From Acidimicrobiia bacterium (lineage in GTDB: Bacteria; Actinomycetota; Acidimicrobiia; Acidimicrobiales; JANYDT01), in assembly GCA_031368215.1 (NCBI GenBank), contig JANLRD010000086.1, positions 16-64,015 of the forward strand: DNA of 64,000 bases, given 5' to 3'. The position numbers were made by a program, and so were the translations under genes. The stretch's first letter is position 1. The number at the start of each line of letters is the position of its first letter. Shown in pieces: positions 1-9,457 of the stretch. Below the pieces are notes generated by a model, which ran no database searches, had not been told where the DNA came from, and worked only from the letters and a program-made list of their open reading frames with translations.

Positions 1-590
1 TGCGTGGTCGGCCGACGGCGTCGAGATGCCGCGAACGTAAGTGTGCCTACGACTGCGGCTATCACGTGGGGAAGCTCGAAATGGAAGCCGGACTGTCCGT
101 TCGAACCATCGGCGATGAGGCCGATCATCTGCACCGCAACGATGGCGCCCACGACGGGAAGCAGCGACAGCGACCACCGCGGTCGCCACGAGACGATCGC
201 CCCGATGCTGCCGAGCACGACGCCCAGCGCGGCGTCTCGCGACAGGTGCGCCGCAGTCGGGCTGCCCACGATCTGACCGAAGGGAACCTCGCCGACCAGC
301 CATGCGCCGGCCACGCCTATCTGGATCGCCGAGAGGACGCCGAGGGCGAGGCGTAGTAGCAACGACGGATCGGGTCGGATCGCCCGAACGGCCCGGAGCG
401 AGTCCGCAGAAGGCGAAGCTGTCCGAATCGCGTGCAGTGCCTGATCGACCGTCGCCACCGGCCGGGGACCCGACGGATGACCGAGCTGGCTCGCGCTCGA
501 CTCGCGTCGGCGAAGCTCGAATACGTTTTCGACGGGATCGCCGTCGTCGTCACCGTGTCGACCACTAACGGGGGCAAGCGGATCGTTCAT
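1..590 (-). CDS. Putative anti-sigma factor / membrane protein (N-terminal part; gene runs off the window start)
   Basis: Hand translation of the minus strand from ATG 590-588 gives MNDPLAPVSGRHGDDDGDPVENVFELRRRE..., then a hydrophobic helix LLRLALGVLSAIQIGVAGAW (codons checked 359-300). The frame stays open to the window edge, so it is absent from the ORF track. Its ATG overlaps the sigma-factor stop (ATGA, 587-590), the usual sigma/anti-sigma coupling. No ZAS HxxxCxxC motif, so the role is inferred from position only. Confidence 0.45.
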   Translation of the reverse strand, partial: MNDPLAPVSGRHGDDDGDPVENVFELRRRESSASQLGHPSGPRPVATVDQALHAIRTASPSADSLRAVRAIRPDPSLLLRLALGVLSAIQIGVAGAWLVGEVPFGQIVGSPTAAHLSRDAALGVVLGSIGAIVSWRPRWSLSLLPVVGAIVAVQMIGLIADGSNGQSGFHFELPHVIAAVVGTLTFAASRRRRPTT

Positions 591-1093
591 GCCGCGCCCG
601 CCTTACCGGAACCGAGCTCTGTCGCGACCAGGAGTTCGCTGAAGGCCTGGCGGGCACGACCGAGACGTGACCGGACTGTACCGATCGGGACATCGAGGGT
701 GCCCGCCGCCTCTTCGTAGGAGAGACCGAGGACACCGACGATCACGAGGACTTCGCGATGGTCGACCGAGAGCTGATGGAGCAGTTCGATGAGCTCGTGC
801 GTTGCGTCGTTCTCCAGCGGTTGCATCAGCCGGTCGAGCTCGTGCACCTCGAAGCTCGCCGGGCGCCGCGCCGCCGCATTCGCCTGATCGTTCACCACGT
901 TGCGGCAGATGCGTAGGAGCCACCCTTCGAACGAACCGCGCCGGTCGAAGGTGTCGAGGTACTTCCACGAACGGACGAGGGTTTCCTGTACTGCCTCCTC
1001 GGCGGACCACCGGTCTCTCGTCAGCGATCTTGCAAACGTTGTGAGCGCCCCTTCGTGCCTGCGCACGAGCTCGTCGAAGACCCAGTCGTTCAC
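587..1093 (-). CDS. RNA polymerase sigma-70 factor, ECF subfamily
   Basis: 168 aa, GTG start. Region 2 (VQETLVRSWKYLDTF, FEGWLLRICRNVV) and the region 4 HTH (LSYEEAAGTLDVPIGTVRSRLGRARQAF) are typical of ECF sigma factors. Confidence 0.92.
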   Translation of the reverse strand: MNDWVFDELVRRHEGALTTFARSLTRDRWSAEEAVQETLVRSWKYLDTFDRRGSFEGWLLRICRNVVNDQANAAARRPASFEVHELDRLMQPLENDATHELIELLHQLSVDHREVLVIVGVLGLSYEEAAGTLDVPIGTVRSRLGRARQAFSELLVATELGSGKAGAA

Positions 1094-1126
1094 GGCTCCA
1101 GTCTGTCATCCCGCACCGGCGCCGCC

Positions 1127-1152
1127 GACGGCATCGGAACCCCTTCGGTTCC
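1127..1152 (-). promoter_or_regulatory. Candidate ECF-type (autoregulated) promoter
   Basis: On the minus strand: GGAACC (1152-1147), 17 nt, CGTC (1130-1127), about 35 nt upstream of the sigma GTG. This fits the generic ECF GGAAC-N16-17-CGT pattern. The -35 lies in a palindrome GGAACC-N5-GGTTCC (1136-1152), so a GGAAC also faces the divergent gene at 1263. Motif match only. Confidence 0.3.
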
Positions 1153-1262
1153 CACGACGCCGACGGCTGCGAGTCGGTACTGCGTTCTCGCCAGGGTCCA
1201 CCCGCGGGGTCTGAGCCGATTTGAGCCTTTTCTTTTCGGCATCCTTTGCCGATAGTGGTTTC

Positions 1263-2825
1263 ATGCGAACTCTGCGTCGACGGGCCACATTCTTGGTTGC
1301 GCTCGTTGCGCTCGTGGGACTTGGCATCAGCTCGGCAGGAGCGATTCCGACACAGGTGTCAGGAGACGGAAACCCGCGCTTCCCTTGCGGGATCGAGCAA
1401 GGACCAACGTGGAGCAGCAGCGGCAGGACGGGATCGACGTGGTACGTCGCGTCGATCACCGATCGGTCCGAGTGCGCCAAGAGCGCCGCATGGGCCGCGC
1501 AGCTCGGTGCACGCATCGTTGGCAGCACCGGTGACGACGTCCAGTCGTTCCGAGCCGACGGCTATGGCTGCGTGCTCGTGCGATCGCAACTCCAGATCGC
1601 TTGCTACGTCGGCGAGGGTGGGCTGGGCGTGGTCGGCGTGTTCGTCGTCGGCGACCCCGCTCGAAGCCCGCTTGTGCCGAGCTCAGCGCAGCCCGACCCT
1701 CCACCTCCCCCGACACCGACGACCGGACTTGCGCCGCCGGTCGCGACCGATCCGGCCGCGGGCGTCCCGACGGGATTCGTCGAGGGCGCACGATGCGGAC
1801 AGGGCGGCGTCGACCACTACGCGGGCCGTCAGTGGGAGTTCCGCCTCGCAGACGGCACCAGGGTGCGGGGATCCAACTGGACGGTGAACACCTTCTCCTT
1901 CTTCACCGACGCAACGTGCAGCACGATCCGGCCTCTCATCCCGATGCTGGCCGACTCGGTGTCGCGGAGCCACAGCCCTGCCGTCACCAGCGTCGAGTCG
2001 TGGGGCTGTGTCTCGGCCACGACGTCGGACAGCGCCGTGCTGCCCCTTGCCGGATGCGCCCGGTCGATCTTCCCGACTGGCGTCTCGTACGGCGACGGCA
2101 CGCCCTCACTCGCGCCCCGGCTCGAGCAGGTCATCGTCTCGCCGGACACCACGACGGGCGCGGGGACAGTGAGCCCCGCCGACGGTGGCACGCTTGTGCC
2201 GTTCACTACAGCTCAGGCACGGAGCCTCAGCGAACGGATGAGCGCAGTCCAGTACGACATCCGCAACTTCGGCGTGACGTTCGTGGCGCTCAATTGGGTC
2301 ACCGCCCAGGATCACCTGTCCGGGACGACCGCCCTGGCGACGTCGAAGGTCGGTCGCGCATGTGGTGGCACCCCCAGCGGATACTGGCCTGCGACGCCGG
2401 TGCCCTCGGCCCCGTGGGTCAAACGCTCCGATAGGGGCAACACCTGGACCTTGGCAACGGCGGGCGGCTACCCCTGTGTCATCGCGGCGGCGGTGTTCGG
2501 GATCTTCCTGCCCAATCTGGTGATCAGTAGTGGCGCGGCGAGCCTGGCTGCGTCGCAGCTCGATCGCTACGGATGGTCGTGCGTCCCGAATCCGGCGTCG
2601 ACCTCGGCGGTGTGCTCGCTGTCGCCGTCGCGCTCCGCCGACTTCTTGACCACGGGCCTCGGACGCCCGTTACCGACAGCGTTTCGCGTCGGCGTCGCCG
2701 CGGCGTTCCCCCACGAACCGATCGATCGAATCAAGACAATCATCGACGCCACCCTCGTGCGGGTTCGCTTTAGGGCGCCGAGGCCGGTGATCGTTGCGTC
2801 GCCGACGATCTCGCGCGCTCCGTAA
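1263..2825 (+). CDS. Secreted hypothetical protein with three four-Cys repeat modules
   Basis: ORF 1221-2825, start moved to ATG 1263 (MRTLRRRATFLVALVALVGLGISSAGA is a signal peptide). Contains a Pro-rich linker (PDPPPPPTPTT) and three divergent copies of a roughly 85-aa module with 4 Cys (CG..[ST]W[YT][VL]..C..[YW]G.CV..C). No family recognised. Confidence 0.7.
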   Translation: MRTLRRRATFLVALVALVGLGISSAGAIPTQVSGDGNPRFPCGIEQGPTWSSSGRTGSTWYVASITDRSECAKSAAWAAQLGARIVGSTGDDVQSFRADGYGCVLVRSQLQIACYVGEGGLGVVGVFVVGDPARSPLVPSSAQPDPPPPPTPTTGLAPPVATDPAAGVPTGFVEGARCGQGGVDHYAGRQWEFRLADGTRVRGSNWTVNTFSFFTDATCSTIRPLIPMLADSVSRSHSPAVTSVESWGCVSATTSDSAVLPLAGCARSIFPTGVSYGDGTPSLAPRLEQVIVSPDTTTGAGTVSPADGGTLVPFTTAQARSLSERMSAVQYDIRNFGVTFVALNWVTAQDHLSGTTALATSKVGRACGGTPSGYWPATPVPSAPWVKRSDRGNTWTLATAGGYPCVIAAAVFGIFLPNLVISSGAASLAASQLDRYGWSCVPNPASTSAVCSLSPSRSADFLTTGLGRPLPTAFRVGVAAAFPHEPIDRIKTIIDATLVRVRFRAPRPVIVASPTISRAP

Positions 2826-2914
2826 CCTTTGCGTCCTGGCGATCGGACGAAACTGTCGTCGACGCTCTTTTCCGTCGAAGGGAACGATCGGCCTGCCCGA
2901 TCGGTCTACACGTC

Positions 2915-3430
2915 ATGAAGCTCATCCTCACGCACCCTGCCCGGCGTTCTCTCGGGCTGGCAACGGCGACCCTTGCCGTGCTCGTGACCACCGCATCGGG
3001 CGCCGGCGCGCATGTCCACACCTCACCGGAGAAGGTGAAGCCGGGCGCTTCGGCCACCGTGTTCTTCGTCATCGGCCATGGATGCACCGGCTCACCCACT
3101 ACGGCAGTCGCCATCAAGGTGCCGGCGACGGTGTCGAACGTTTCCGGTGTCGCCCCGAAGGGCTGGACGGCGTCGGTGAGAAACTCCGTCGTCACCTTCA
3201 CCGGCGGCATGCTCGTCGACAAGACGAAGGGCAGCTTCGGCGTGAGGTTCACGGCACCGGCGAAGACGGGAACACTGTTCTTCCCGACGGTGCAGACCTG
3301 CGCGAAGGGGAAGAACTCCTGGATCGATGCTCCACTGGCCGGTGGCGCAGAGCCGGAGAACCCGGCTCCGTTCGTGGCGGTCACGAACACTCCCGCAGCA
3401 GCGACGAAGAAGGTCGCCGCAACCCCGTGA
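2915..3430 (+). CDS. ycnI: YcnI family (DUF1775) copper-binding protein
   Basis: 171 aa. Signal peptide ending AGAHVHTSPEKV, with His right after the cleavage site, plus a GHGC motif and a beta-rich body typical of the YcnI/DUF1775 domain. No C-terminal TM anchor is visible. Confidence 0.8.
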   Translation: MKLILTHPARRSLGLATATLAVLVTTASGAGAHVHTSPEKVKPGASATVFFVIGHGCTGSPTTAVAIKVPATVSNVSGVAPKGWTASVRNSVVTFTGGMLVDKTKGSFGVRFTAPAKTGTLFFPTVQTCAKGKNSWIDAPLAGGAEPENPAPFVAVTNTPAAATKKVAATP

Positions 3431-3440
3431 ATGGAAGGCG

Positions 3441-4226
3441 CTACCGGCTCGGCGCGGACTGTTGCGACCACCATGAGCGGAGCAGCGCGACCGCCTCATC
3501 GCGTTCGAGCGGACCGTGGGTCCGCTTGTGTTCGAGCAGCATGCGCAACGCCTCGCCGACCGGGCGCCCGGTGATGCCGAGGAGTTCCATCACCTCTTCG
3601 CCGTTGAGATCGGGGCGTTCAGCGTTTCGTTCGGCTTCGGCGGCAAGACCGCGCACGCGTTGCTCAAGCTCGTCGACCCGCTGATGGAGCGCGGCCACCT
3701 TGTTGGCGTGGCGAGTCGTGCAGTCGCAGCGCACCAGTTCGTTGAGATCGCCGAGGAGGTGACCGGCATCGCGCGCGTAGCGGCGCACGGCGGAGTCCTC
3801 CCAGCCGTGCTGATAGCCGTGGAACCGGCCCGACAGGCCGACGAGTCGGCCGACGTCGGCCACCAACGCCGGCTCGTAACCGAGTTCGGTCAGCCGGGCA
3901 ATCGCCATGCGTTCCCCAACGGCCTCGTGATGGTAAAAGGTCACCTTGCCGTTGCGGAAGCGCCGCGTTGCCGGCTTGCCGACATCGTGGAGGAGTGCGG
4001 CAAGACGAAGTCGTAAGCGCGGAGACGTCTTCGCAGTGACCGCGATCGAATGACTGAGTACGTCCTTGTGACGATGGATCGGGTCCTGCTCCATTGCGAG
4101 CGCCGGGATCTCGGGCATCATGCGCTCCAGGAGTCCCGACTCGAGGGCGATGCTCAGGCCTTCCGTGGGATCGGGGGCGAGAAGGATCTCGTTCAGTCGC
4201 TCGCGATCATCCGCACTGTCCATCAT
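3441..4226 (-). CDS. HD-domain protein equal to the C-terminal half of a class II CCA-adding enzyme (no nucleotidyltransferase head)
   Basis: 261 aa. HRHKDVLSHSIAV, AALLHDVGKPATRRF, VTFYHHEAVG, RFHGY..WEDSAVRRY and RCDCTTRH match the neck/HD/tail of actinobacterial CCA tRNA nucleotidyltransferases. An in-frame TAG (4239-4241) lies just upstream and the next gene starts at 4293, leaving no room for the Pol-beta head domain. Confidence 0.75.
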   Translation of the reverse strand: MMDSADDRERLNEILLAPDPTEGLSIALESGLLERMMPEIPALAMEQDPIHRHKDVLSHSIAVTAKTSPRLRLRLAALLHDVGKPATRRFRNGKVTFYHHEAVGERMAIARLTELGYEPALVADVGRLVGLSGRFHGYQHGWEDSAVRRYARDAGHLLGDLNELVRCDCTTRHANKVAALHQRVDELEQRVRGLAAEAERNAERPDLNGEEVMELLGITGRPVGEALRMLLEHKRTHGPLERDEAVALLRSWWSQQSAPSR

Positions 4227-4292
4227 GATGCAAGCATCCTACGGGTGCCGCGCGCGAGGACCCACCGACTTCGGTCAGTAGCGTGTCCGTCC

Positions 4293-5477
4293 ATGGAACC
4301 CCAGTACAGCTGCCCGACCCCTTTCGGAACGGTCCAACTGCACCGGGCCCACGTGGACCGCACAGGGACGCTGCAGGCATGGGACGGAGCGGACCTTCTG
4401 CTTCTCGATCATGTCAAGGAACTCAACCCTGTGCCCGGGTCGCGCATCCTCGTGATCGGTGACACGTTCGGCGCGCTCACGACCGCGCTGTCGTCGTTCG
4501 GAGTCGTGGTGATGTCGGACTCTGCGGTGTCAGAGCGGGGGATCAAGGAGAACCTCGCTCGGAATCCGGAAACTGCCACCGGGCAAGGCGTGACCTTTGT
4601 GGATGCATCGCTCGAGCGTGATGCGCTTGTTGCAGCCGTTGGTGGTCCGGTCGATCTCGTCGTGTGGAACGTCGGGCGAACGACGGAGTCGGTTTCGCAC
4701 GCGACGTCGCTTCTCAGCGCTCTCGGGGGCGGAGCGACCATCGTGTTGGCGGCCGGCCTCGACAAGAACCTCCCGCCGCGCACCGGTGAAATCCTGCGCA
4801 GCGTCGGCGAGGTGACGACCCACCCGGGACGCCGCAAGGCCCACGTGTTCGAGGTCCGCCCCTTTGTCGGGGAGTCCACGTTCCGATCGGTCGAGCCGTC
4901 GAAGGCGACCGAGGTCGTTGTCGCCGAGCACGGACTGGTAATGCACGGCGGACCCGGTGTCTTCTCGTCGGACCGGTTCGACCTCGGTACCCGTCTGCTG
5001 GCCGGACAGATCGCGTCGCGCGCCGAATCGCTCGGGGTCGTACGAAGCGTCGTCGATCTCGGGTGTGGGAACGGCGCGCTCGGCATCCTCGCGCTGCGAC
5101 ACTTCCCTGAGGCGTCGGTCCACTTCCTCGACGATTCGCGCACCGCCGTCGCTACCGCTCGGCGCAACGTGCAGGCCAACGCGGCGACGTCGGCGGAGCG
5201 TGCGCACTTCCTCTGCGCCGACGTGTTCGGCGACGACTGGACGGAACCGGTTGACCTCGTGCTCTGCAATCCGCCCTTCCACCACACCAAGGCGATGAGT
5301 GATGAAGTGGCATGGCAGATGTTCGTGCAATCGCACCGGTACCTTGCCCCGGGCGGGGAACTCTGGGTCGTCGGCAACCGCCACCTCGGCTATCACGCCA
5401 AGCTTTCGCGGCTGTTCGGCAACGTCCGCCAACTCGACGCGCATCCGAAGTTCGTCGTCCTCGCGTCGACCCGCTGA
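4293..5477 (+). CDS. rRNA (guanine-N2)-methyltransferase, RlmG/RsmC family
   Basis: ORF 4050-5477 trimmed to ATG 4293, because the upstream part overlaps the convergently read HD gene. Has a two-domain layout, a SAM motif VVDLGCGNGALG and the catalytic NPPFH motif. Confidence 0.85.
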   Translation: MEPQYSCPTPFGTVQLHRAHVDRTGTLQAWDGADLLLLDHVKELNPVPGSRILVIGDTFGALTTALSSFGVVVMSDSAVSERGIKENLARNPETATGQGVTFVDASLERDALVAAVGGPVDLVVWNVGRTTESVSHATSLLSALGGGATIVLAAGLDKNLPPRTGEILRSVGEVTTHPGRRKAHVFEVRPFVGESTFRSVEPSKATEVVVAEHGLVMHGGPGVFSSDRFDLGTRLLAGQIASRAESLGVVRSVVDLGCGNGALGILALRHFPEASVHFLDDSRTAVATARRNVQANAATSAERAHFLCADVFGDDWTEPVDLVLCNPPFHHTKAMSDEVAWQMFVQSHRYLAPGGELWVVGNRHLGYHAKLSRLFGNVRQLDAHPKFVVLASTR

Positions 5478-5573
5478 GCCGTACGGTGCGCGGTTACAGA
5501 TGAGATGGCGCCCGACGTCTCACCGACTGCTCATGCTGGTCGTCGCACACTTGAACCGAGAAAGCGCTGCATC

Positions 5574-6146
5574 GTGAGCATCGACACCGTCACCCTGTTC
5601 TTCGCCCTGTTGGCCATCGCACTCCAAGTCGCAGTTGTTGCCTTGATGCTCAGCGCCGCCGCCGGTCGATCTGTGCGATCCGCGGTTGTCGACACCATCG
5701 GTCCGATTGCGTTGTGGGCGGCCGCAGCGATCGCCACGGTGTGCATGGCCGGCAGCCTGTACCTCTCCGAGGTAGCCAAGTTCACGCCCTGCAAACTCTG
5801 TTGGTACCAGCGCATCGCCATGTACTCGTCGGCATTCCTTCTCGTGATTGCCGCCGCCCGACGCGACGGCGCGGTGCGGCGTTTTGTCGGGCCGCTGGTC
5901 GTGATCGGGGGGCTGATCTCGGGCTACCACGTGCTGCTCGAGCGATTCCCCCACCTCGAGTCCGGTGCGTGCGATCCCGCCAATCCGTGCTCGCTGATCT
6001 GGTTCGAGAAGTTCGGCTACATCACCATCCCGGTCATGGCGCTGACCGGTTTCGCTGGCGTCATCGCTGCACTGCTCATCCATCGTGCGTGGGCCGGGGT
6101 CGGCTCACCCGCGTCGTCACCGTCCCAGGAGTCCCGCCATGGCTAA
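5574..6146 (+). CDS. Disulfide bond formation protein, DsbB/BdbC family
   Basis: Four-TM protein with the CKLCWYQR redox motif and a second Cys pair (GACDPANPC). The start is uncertain: GTG 5574 was preferred over ATG 5505. Confidence 0.8.
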   Translation: MSIDTVTLFFALLAIALQVAVVALMLSAAAGRSVRSAVVDTIGPIALWAAAAIATVCMAGSLYLSEVAKFTPCKLCWYQRIAMYSSAFLLVIAAARRDGAVRRFVGPLVVIGGLISGYHVLLERFPHLESGACDPANPCSLIWFEKFGYITIPVMALTGFAGVIAALLIHRAWAGVGSPASSPSQESRHG

Positions 6147-6795
6147 CGCCCCACAACCCGCCCCGAAGTCCCGTCGCACGCTGATTGTGGCGGTGGTGTC
6201 CGCCGTTCTGGTCGTCGCTCTGGGCGTCGTGGCAGTGGTGGCAACCAGGAAGGACTCTTCTTCGTCCGACCCGACCGATGTGAGCGCCGTCAGCATCGAG
6301 ACGGGCGACGTGACGGTCACCGGGGCGGAGTTGGTTCGACCGCCCGACGCGCCGGCGATCGACCCTGCCATCGGTGCCAAGGCTCCTGCGCTGAACGGAC
6401 TCGGCTTCGACGGCTCGCCGGTGTCGATCACCCCGGGGGAGCGGCCGACGATCGTGATGTTCGTCGCACACTGGTGCCCGCACTGCCAGCGCGAGGTGCC
6501 GCAGGTCGTCAAGTGGCTGGCCGCCGGTGTCGCCAAGGGGGTCGACATGAAAGCCGTTGCGACCTCCACCGACGCGAAGCTGCCGAACTACCCGCCATCG
6601 AGTTGGCTCGCCGGCGAAGGCTTTACTGTTCCGACCCTCGTCGACAGCACGGAGTCAACCGCAGCGTCCGCATACGGGCTCGATGCGTTCCCGTACTTCG
6701 TCGCCGTCGACGCGAAGGGCTACGTCACGAAGCGGATGGCGGGCGAGCTCACCGAGGCGCAGTTCACCGACCTCGTCGCGGCGGCCAAGGCCTGA
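6139..6795 (+). CDS. TlpA/ResA-like membrane-anchored thiol-disulfide oxidoreductase
   Basis: N-terminal TM anchor (TLIVAVVSAVLVVALGVVAVVA) and a thioredoxin fold with WCPHC. ATG 6139 overlaps the end of the DsbB-like gene by 8 nt. Confidence 0.85.
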   Translation: MANAPQPAPKSRRTLIVAVVSAVLVVALGVVAVVATRKDSSSSDPTDVSAVSIETGDVTVTGAELVRPPDAPAIDPAIGAKAPALNGLGFDGSPVSITPGERPTIVMFVAHWCPHCQREVPQVVKWLAAGVAKGVDMKAVATSTDAKLPNYPPSSWLAGEGFTVPTLVDSTESTAASAYGLDAFPYFVAVDAKGYVTKRMAGELTEAQFTDLVAAAKA

Positions 6796-6877
6796 TCTCA
6801 CCGAGCGCTGAGTCGCAGACTCAGGGGCGCCGCGGCAGTCCCGCCGAAGTTCGGTCAGGGCACCCGGGGCCTTCCAT

Positions 6878-8437
6878 GTGCGAATGACCTCCGATCTTCG
6901 CCAGGATGGAGCCGTGACCGATTCCTCGAGCGCCACCGTGTCCGTCCACGGCCTGACGAAGCGATACGGCACGAGCACCGTGCTCGATCACGTGAGCCTC
7001 GCAGTGGCGCCCGGTGAGATTCGGGCGCTGCTCGGCGGCAACGGTGCCGGGAAGTCGACCCTCATCAAGATCCTCTCCGGGGTCGTTCGCGCCGACTCCG
7101 GATGGGTCGAGGTCGGCGGCGAGCCCACGGTCATCGCAACGCCCCGTGACGCAAGTGCCGCCGGGATTGCGACCCTGCATCAGGAGCTTGCCATCGTTCC
7201 GGGCCTTTCTGTTGCCGAGAACGTGCTGCTCGGGCGACCGACGCCCCACCGGCTCGGCCGGGTTCGCTGGGGCATGGTCAACGGGCGGGCGAAAGAGCTC
7301 TTCGCCCTTCTCGGCCAGGACATCGACGTACGCCAGGACGCCGCCCGCCTCAGCCCTGTCGCGAAGACGATGACGGCGATCGCCCGTGCGCTTTCGCTCG
7401 ACGCGCGTCTGCTGATCCTCGATGAGCCGACGGCCTCGCTCACCGACCAGGAGACCTCACAGCTGTTCACCGCGGTGCGCAACCTCGCCGCTTCGGGAGT
7501 GGGCGTGCTCTACGTCTCGCATCGGCTCGATGAGATCGTCTCGCTGTGCGGCACGTACTCCGTCCTCCGCAACGGCCAACTGGTGGCCGAGGGCGCGATG
7601 GCGGAAACGTCGCCCGACGCGCTCATCACGGCGATGGCCGGCCGTTCGTTCGACGCGCTATTCCCCCCGAGGGCGTCGCTGCCGGCCGGCGAGCCCCGAC
7701 TCGTCGCCCGGGGGCTCCACGGGAAGGTCGTCCGCGACGGAGAAATCGACCTCTTAACGGGGGAAATCGTGGGGATTGCCGGTCTCGCCGGTTCGGGTCG
7801 CAGCGAGCTGCTCCGCCTGGTTGCCGGTGCCCAGCGCAGACACCGCGGCTCGGTGACCGTCGATGGGCGCCCCCTCCAGCGTGGGTCGATTCCGCAAGCC
7901 CAGGCCGCCGGCGTGGCGTTGGTCCCGCAGGAACGGCGCGCCGATGGGCTTGTGCCCGACTCGATCGAGCGCAACGTGAACCTGACCCGCCTTCGGGCGC
8001 TCTCCTGGGGTGGCGCCGCCGTGGCGCGCCGCCGATCGAGTGCCCACGCCCGTGAGAACGCCGATCGGCTCGACGTCGTCCGCCAGTCGCTCCGCCAACA
8101 GGTCCTGACCCTGTCCGGCGGCAACCAGCAGAAGATTTTGCTCGCCAAGTTCCTCGCGCTCGACCCGTCGGTGCTATTGCTCGACGAGCCGACAAGGGGT
8201 GTCGACGTCGGTACCAAGGCGGAGATCTACTCGCTGCTGCGCTCGCTCGCCGAAGCCGGTACCGCTGTGTGCGTGGTGAGCTCGGAGCTCTCCGAGCTCA
8301 TCGGACTGTGCGACCGGATCGTCGTTCTCCAGGACGGCACCAAGGTTGCCGACCTCGCCGCCGCCGGTCTCTCCGAGGAAGCTCTCCTCAACGCCTGTTA
8401 CGGCCGCATCCCGGTTGTCGCCGAACCCCGCTCGTAG
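6878..8437 (+). CDS. Sugar ABC transporter ATP-binding protein (duplicated ABC domains)
   Basis: 519 aa. Walker A GGNGAGKST, signature LSPVAKT/LSGGNQQK and Walker B LLILDEPT/LLLLDEPT are each present twice, the RbsA/MglA-type architecture. Confidence 0.92.
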   Translation: MRMTSDLRQDGAVTDSSSATVSVHGLTKRYGTSTVLDHVSLAVAPGEIRALLGGNGAGKSTLIKILSGVVRADSGWVEVGGEPTVIATPRDASAAGIATLHQELAIVPGLSVAENVLLGRPTPHRLGRVRWGMVNGRAKELFALLGQDIDVRQDAARLSPVAKTMTAIARALSLDARLLILDEPTASLTDQETSQLFTAVRNLAASGVGVLYVSHRLDEIVSLCGTYSVLRNGQLVAEGAMAETSPDALITAMAGRSFDALFPPRASLPAGEPRLVARGLHGKVVRDGEIDLLTGEIVGIAGLAGSGRSELLRLVAGAQRRHRGSVTVDGRPLQRGSIPQAQAAGVALVPQERRADGLVPDSIERNVNLTRLRALSWGGAAVARRRSSAHARENADRLDVVRQSLRQQVLTLSGGNQQKILLAKFLALDPSVLLLDEPTRGVDVGTKAEIYSLLRSLAEAGTAVCVVSSELSELIGLCDRIVVLQDGTKVADLAAAGLSEEALLNACYGRIPVVAEPRS

Positions 8438-8491
8438 TTTCGCGTACCAGCCCACGCCCCTCCCTCCCTTCGACCACGGTTCCCTCTTCCC

Positions 8492-9457
8492 ATGCATCGA
8501 CTCCGACCCATCCTCGGCCCGCTCGCCCTCGGCTTCCTGCTCCTGCTGTTTGGCTCGCTCTATCCCGATCGCTTTCTCACCCGCACCAACATCCTCGTCA
8601 ACATCTTCGGGCAGGTGGCGTTCGTCGCCATCGTCGCGAGCGTGCAGACCATCGTGATGGTGGTCGGTGACTTCGATCTCTCGGTGTCGGGCCTCGCCGC
8701 GCTGTCAACGGTGATGTGCGCAACGATCCTCAACACCGCCACGATCGACGGGACCCCGAAGCAGGCCGGCTCGGTGTTCTTTGCTGTGCTCCTCGGGCTG
8801 GTCGTCGGTTTGCTCGGTGGCATGCTCAACGGGATCCTGGTCTCCTACCTCGGTGTGCTGGCATTCATCGCCACCCTCGGCATGACGGTTGTGTATTCGA
8901 ACCTTGCTCGGTACCGGGTCGAAGGGAAGCCCGTCTACGGCCTCGTGCAGAACAACTTCGTTGCCGCGGCGCAGGGCAAGACCTTCGGTGTCCCGAACCC
9001 GGTGTTCGTGGCCGTCGGCGTGGCCGCAGCGGTGTGGTTCCTGCTCGACCAGACGCCGCTCGGACGTCGCATGTACGCCGTTGGTGGCAACCCCGACGCT
9101 TCGCGGTACTCCGGCCTCAACGTCCCCCGCGTTCGCTTCACCGCGTTCGCACTGTGCGGTGTCGGCGTGGCGATCGCCGGCATCTTGCAGGCGGCGTCGA
9201 ACGCGACCGCCAACAGCACGGCGCCGGACCCGTGGATGCTGCAATCGATCGCCGGCGTCTTCCTCGGCATGGCGATGTTCCGCAACGGCCGACCGAACCT
9301 GCCGGGAACAATTCTCGGCGTGCTCCTGCTGCGCACGCTCGACAACGGCCTCAACTACACGAGCATCAACGACTACCTGCAGAGCGTCATCTCCGGAGCG
9401 GCGATCGTGATCGCCGTTCTTCCGCCGGCTCTTTCCCGGCTGCGGGAACACCGGTGA
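8492..9457 (+). CDS. Sugar ABC transporter permease (RbsC/AraH-like)
   Basis: 321 aa polytopic membrane protein. GDFDLSVSG and the GGNPDASRYSGL loop are typical of the ribose-type permease family. Confidence 0.9.
   Translation: MHRLRPILGPLALGFLLLLFGSLYPDRFLTRTNILVNIFGQVAFVAIVASVQTIVMVVGDFDLSVSGLAALSTVMCATILNTATIDGTPKQAGSVFFAVLLGLVVGLLGGMLNGILVSYLGVLAFIATLGMTVVYSNLARYRVEGKPVYGLVQNNFVAAAQGKTFGVPNPVFVAVGVAAAVWFLLDQTPLGRRMYAVGGNPDASRYSGLNVPRVRFTAFALCGVGVAIAGILQAASNATANSTAPDPWMLQSIAGVFLGMAMFRNGRPNLPGTILGVLLLRTLDNGLNYTSINDYLQSVISGAAIVIAVLPPALSRLREHR

Noticed and set aside
4050-4292. Longer start for the rRNA methyltransferase (ORF 4050-5477).
   Set aside because: The first 81 codons overlap the convergently oriented HD-domain gene and lack family similarity. 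The ATG at 4293 begins the recognisable protein.
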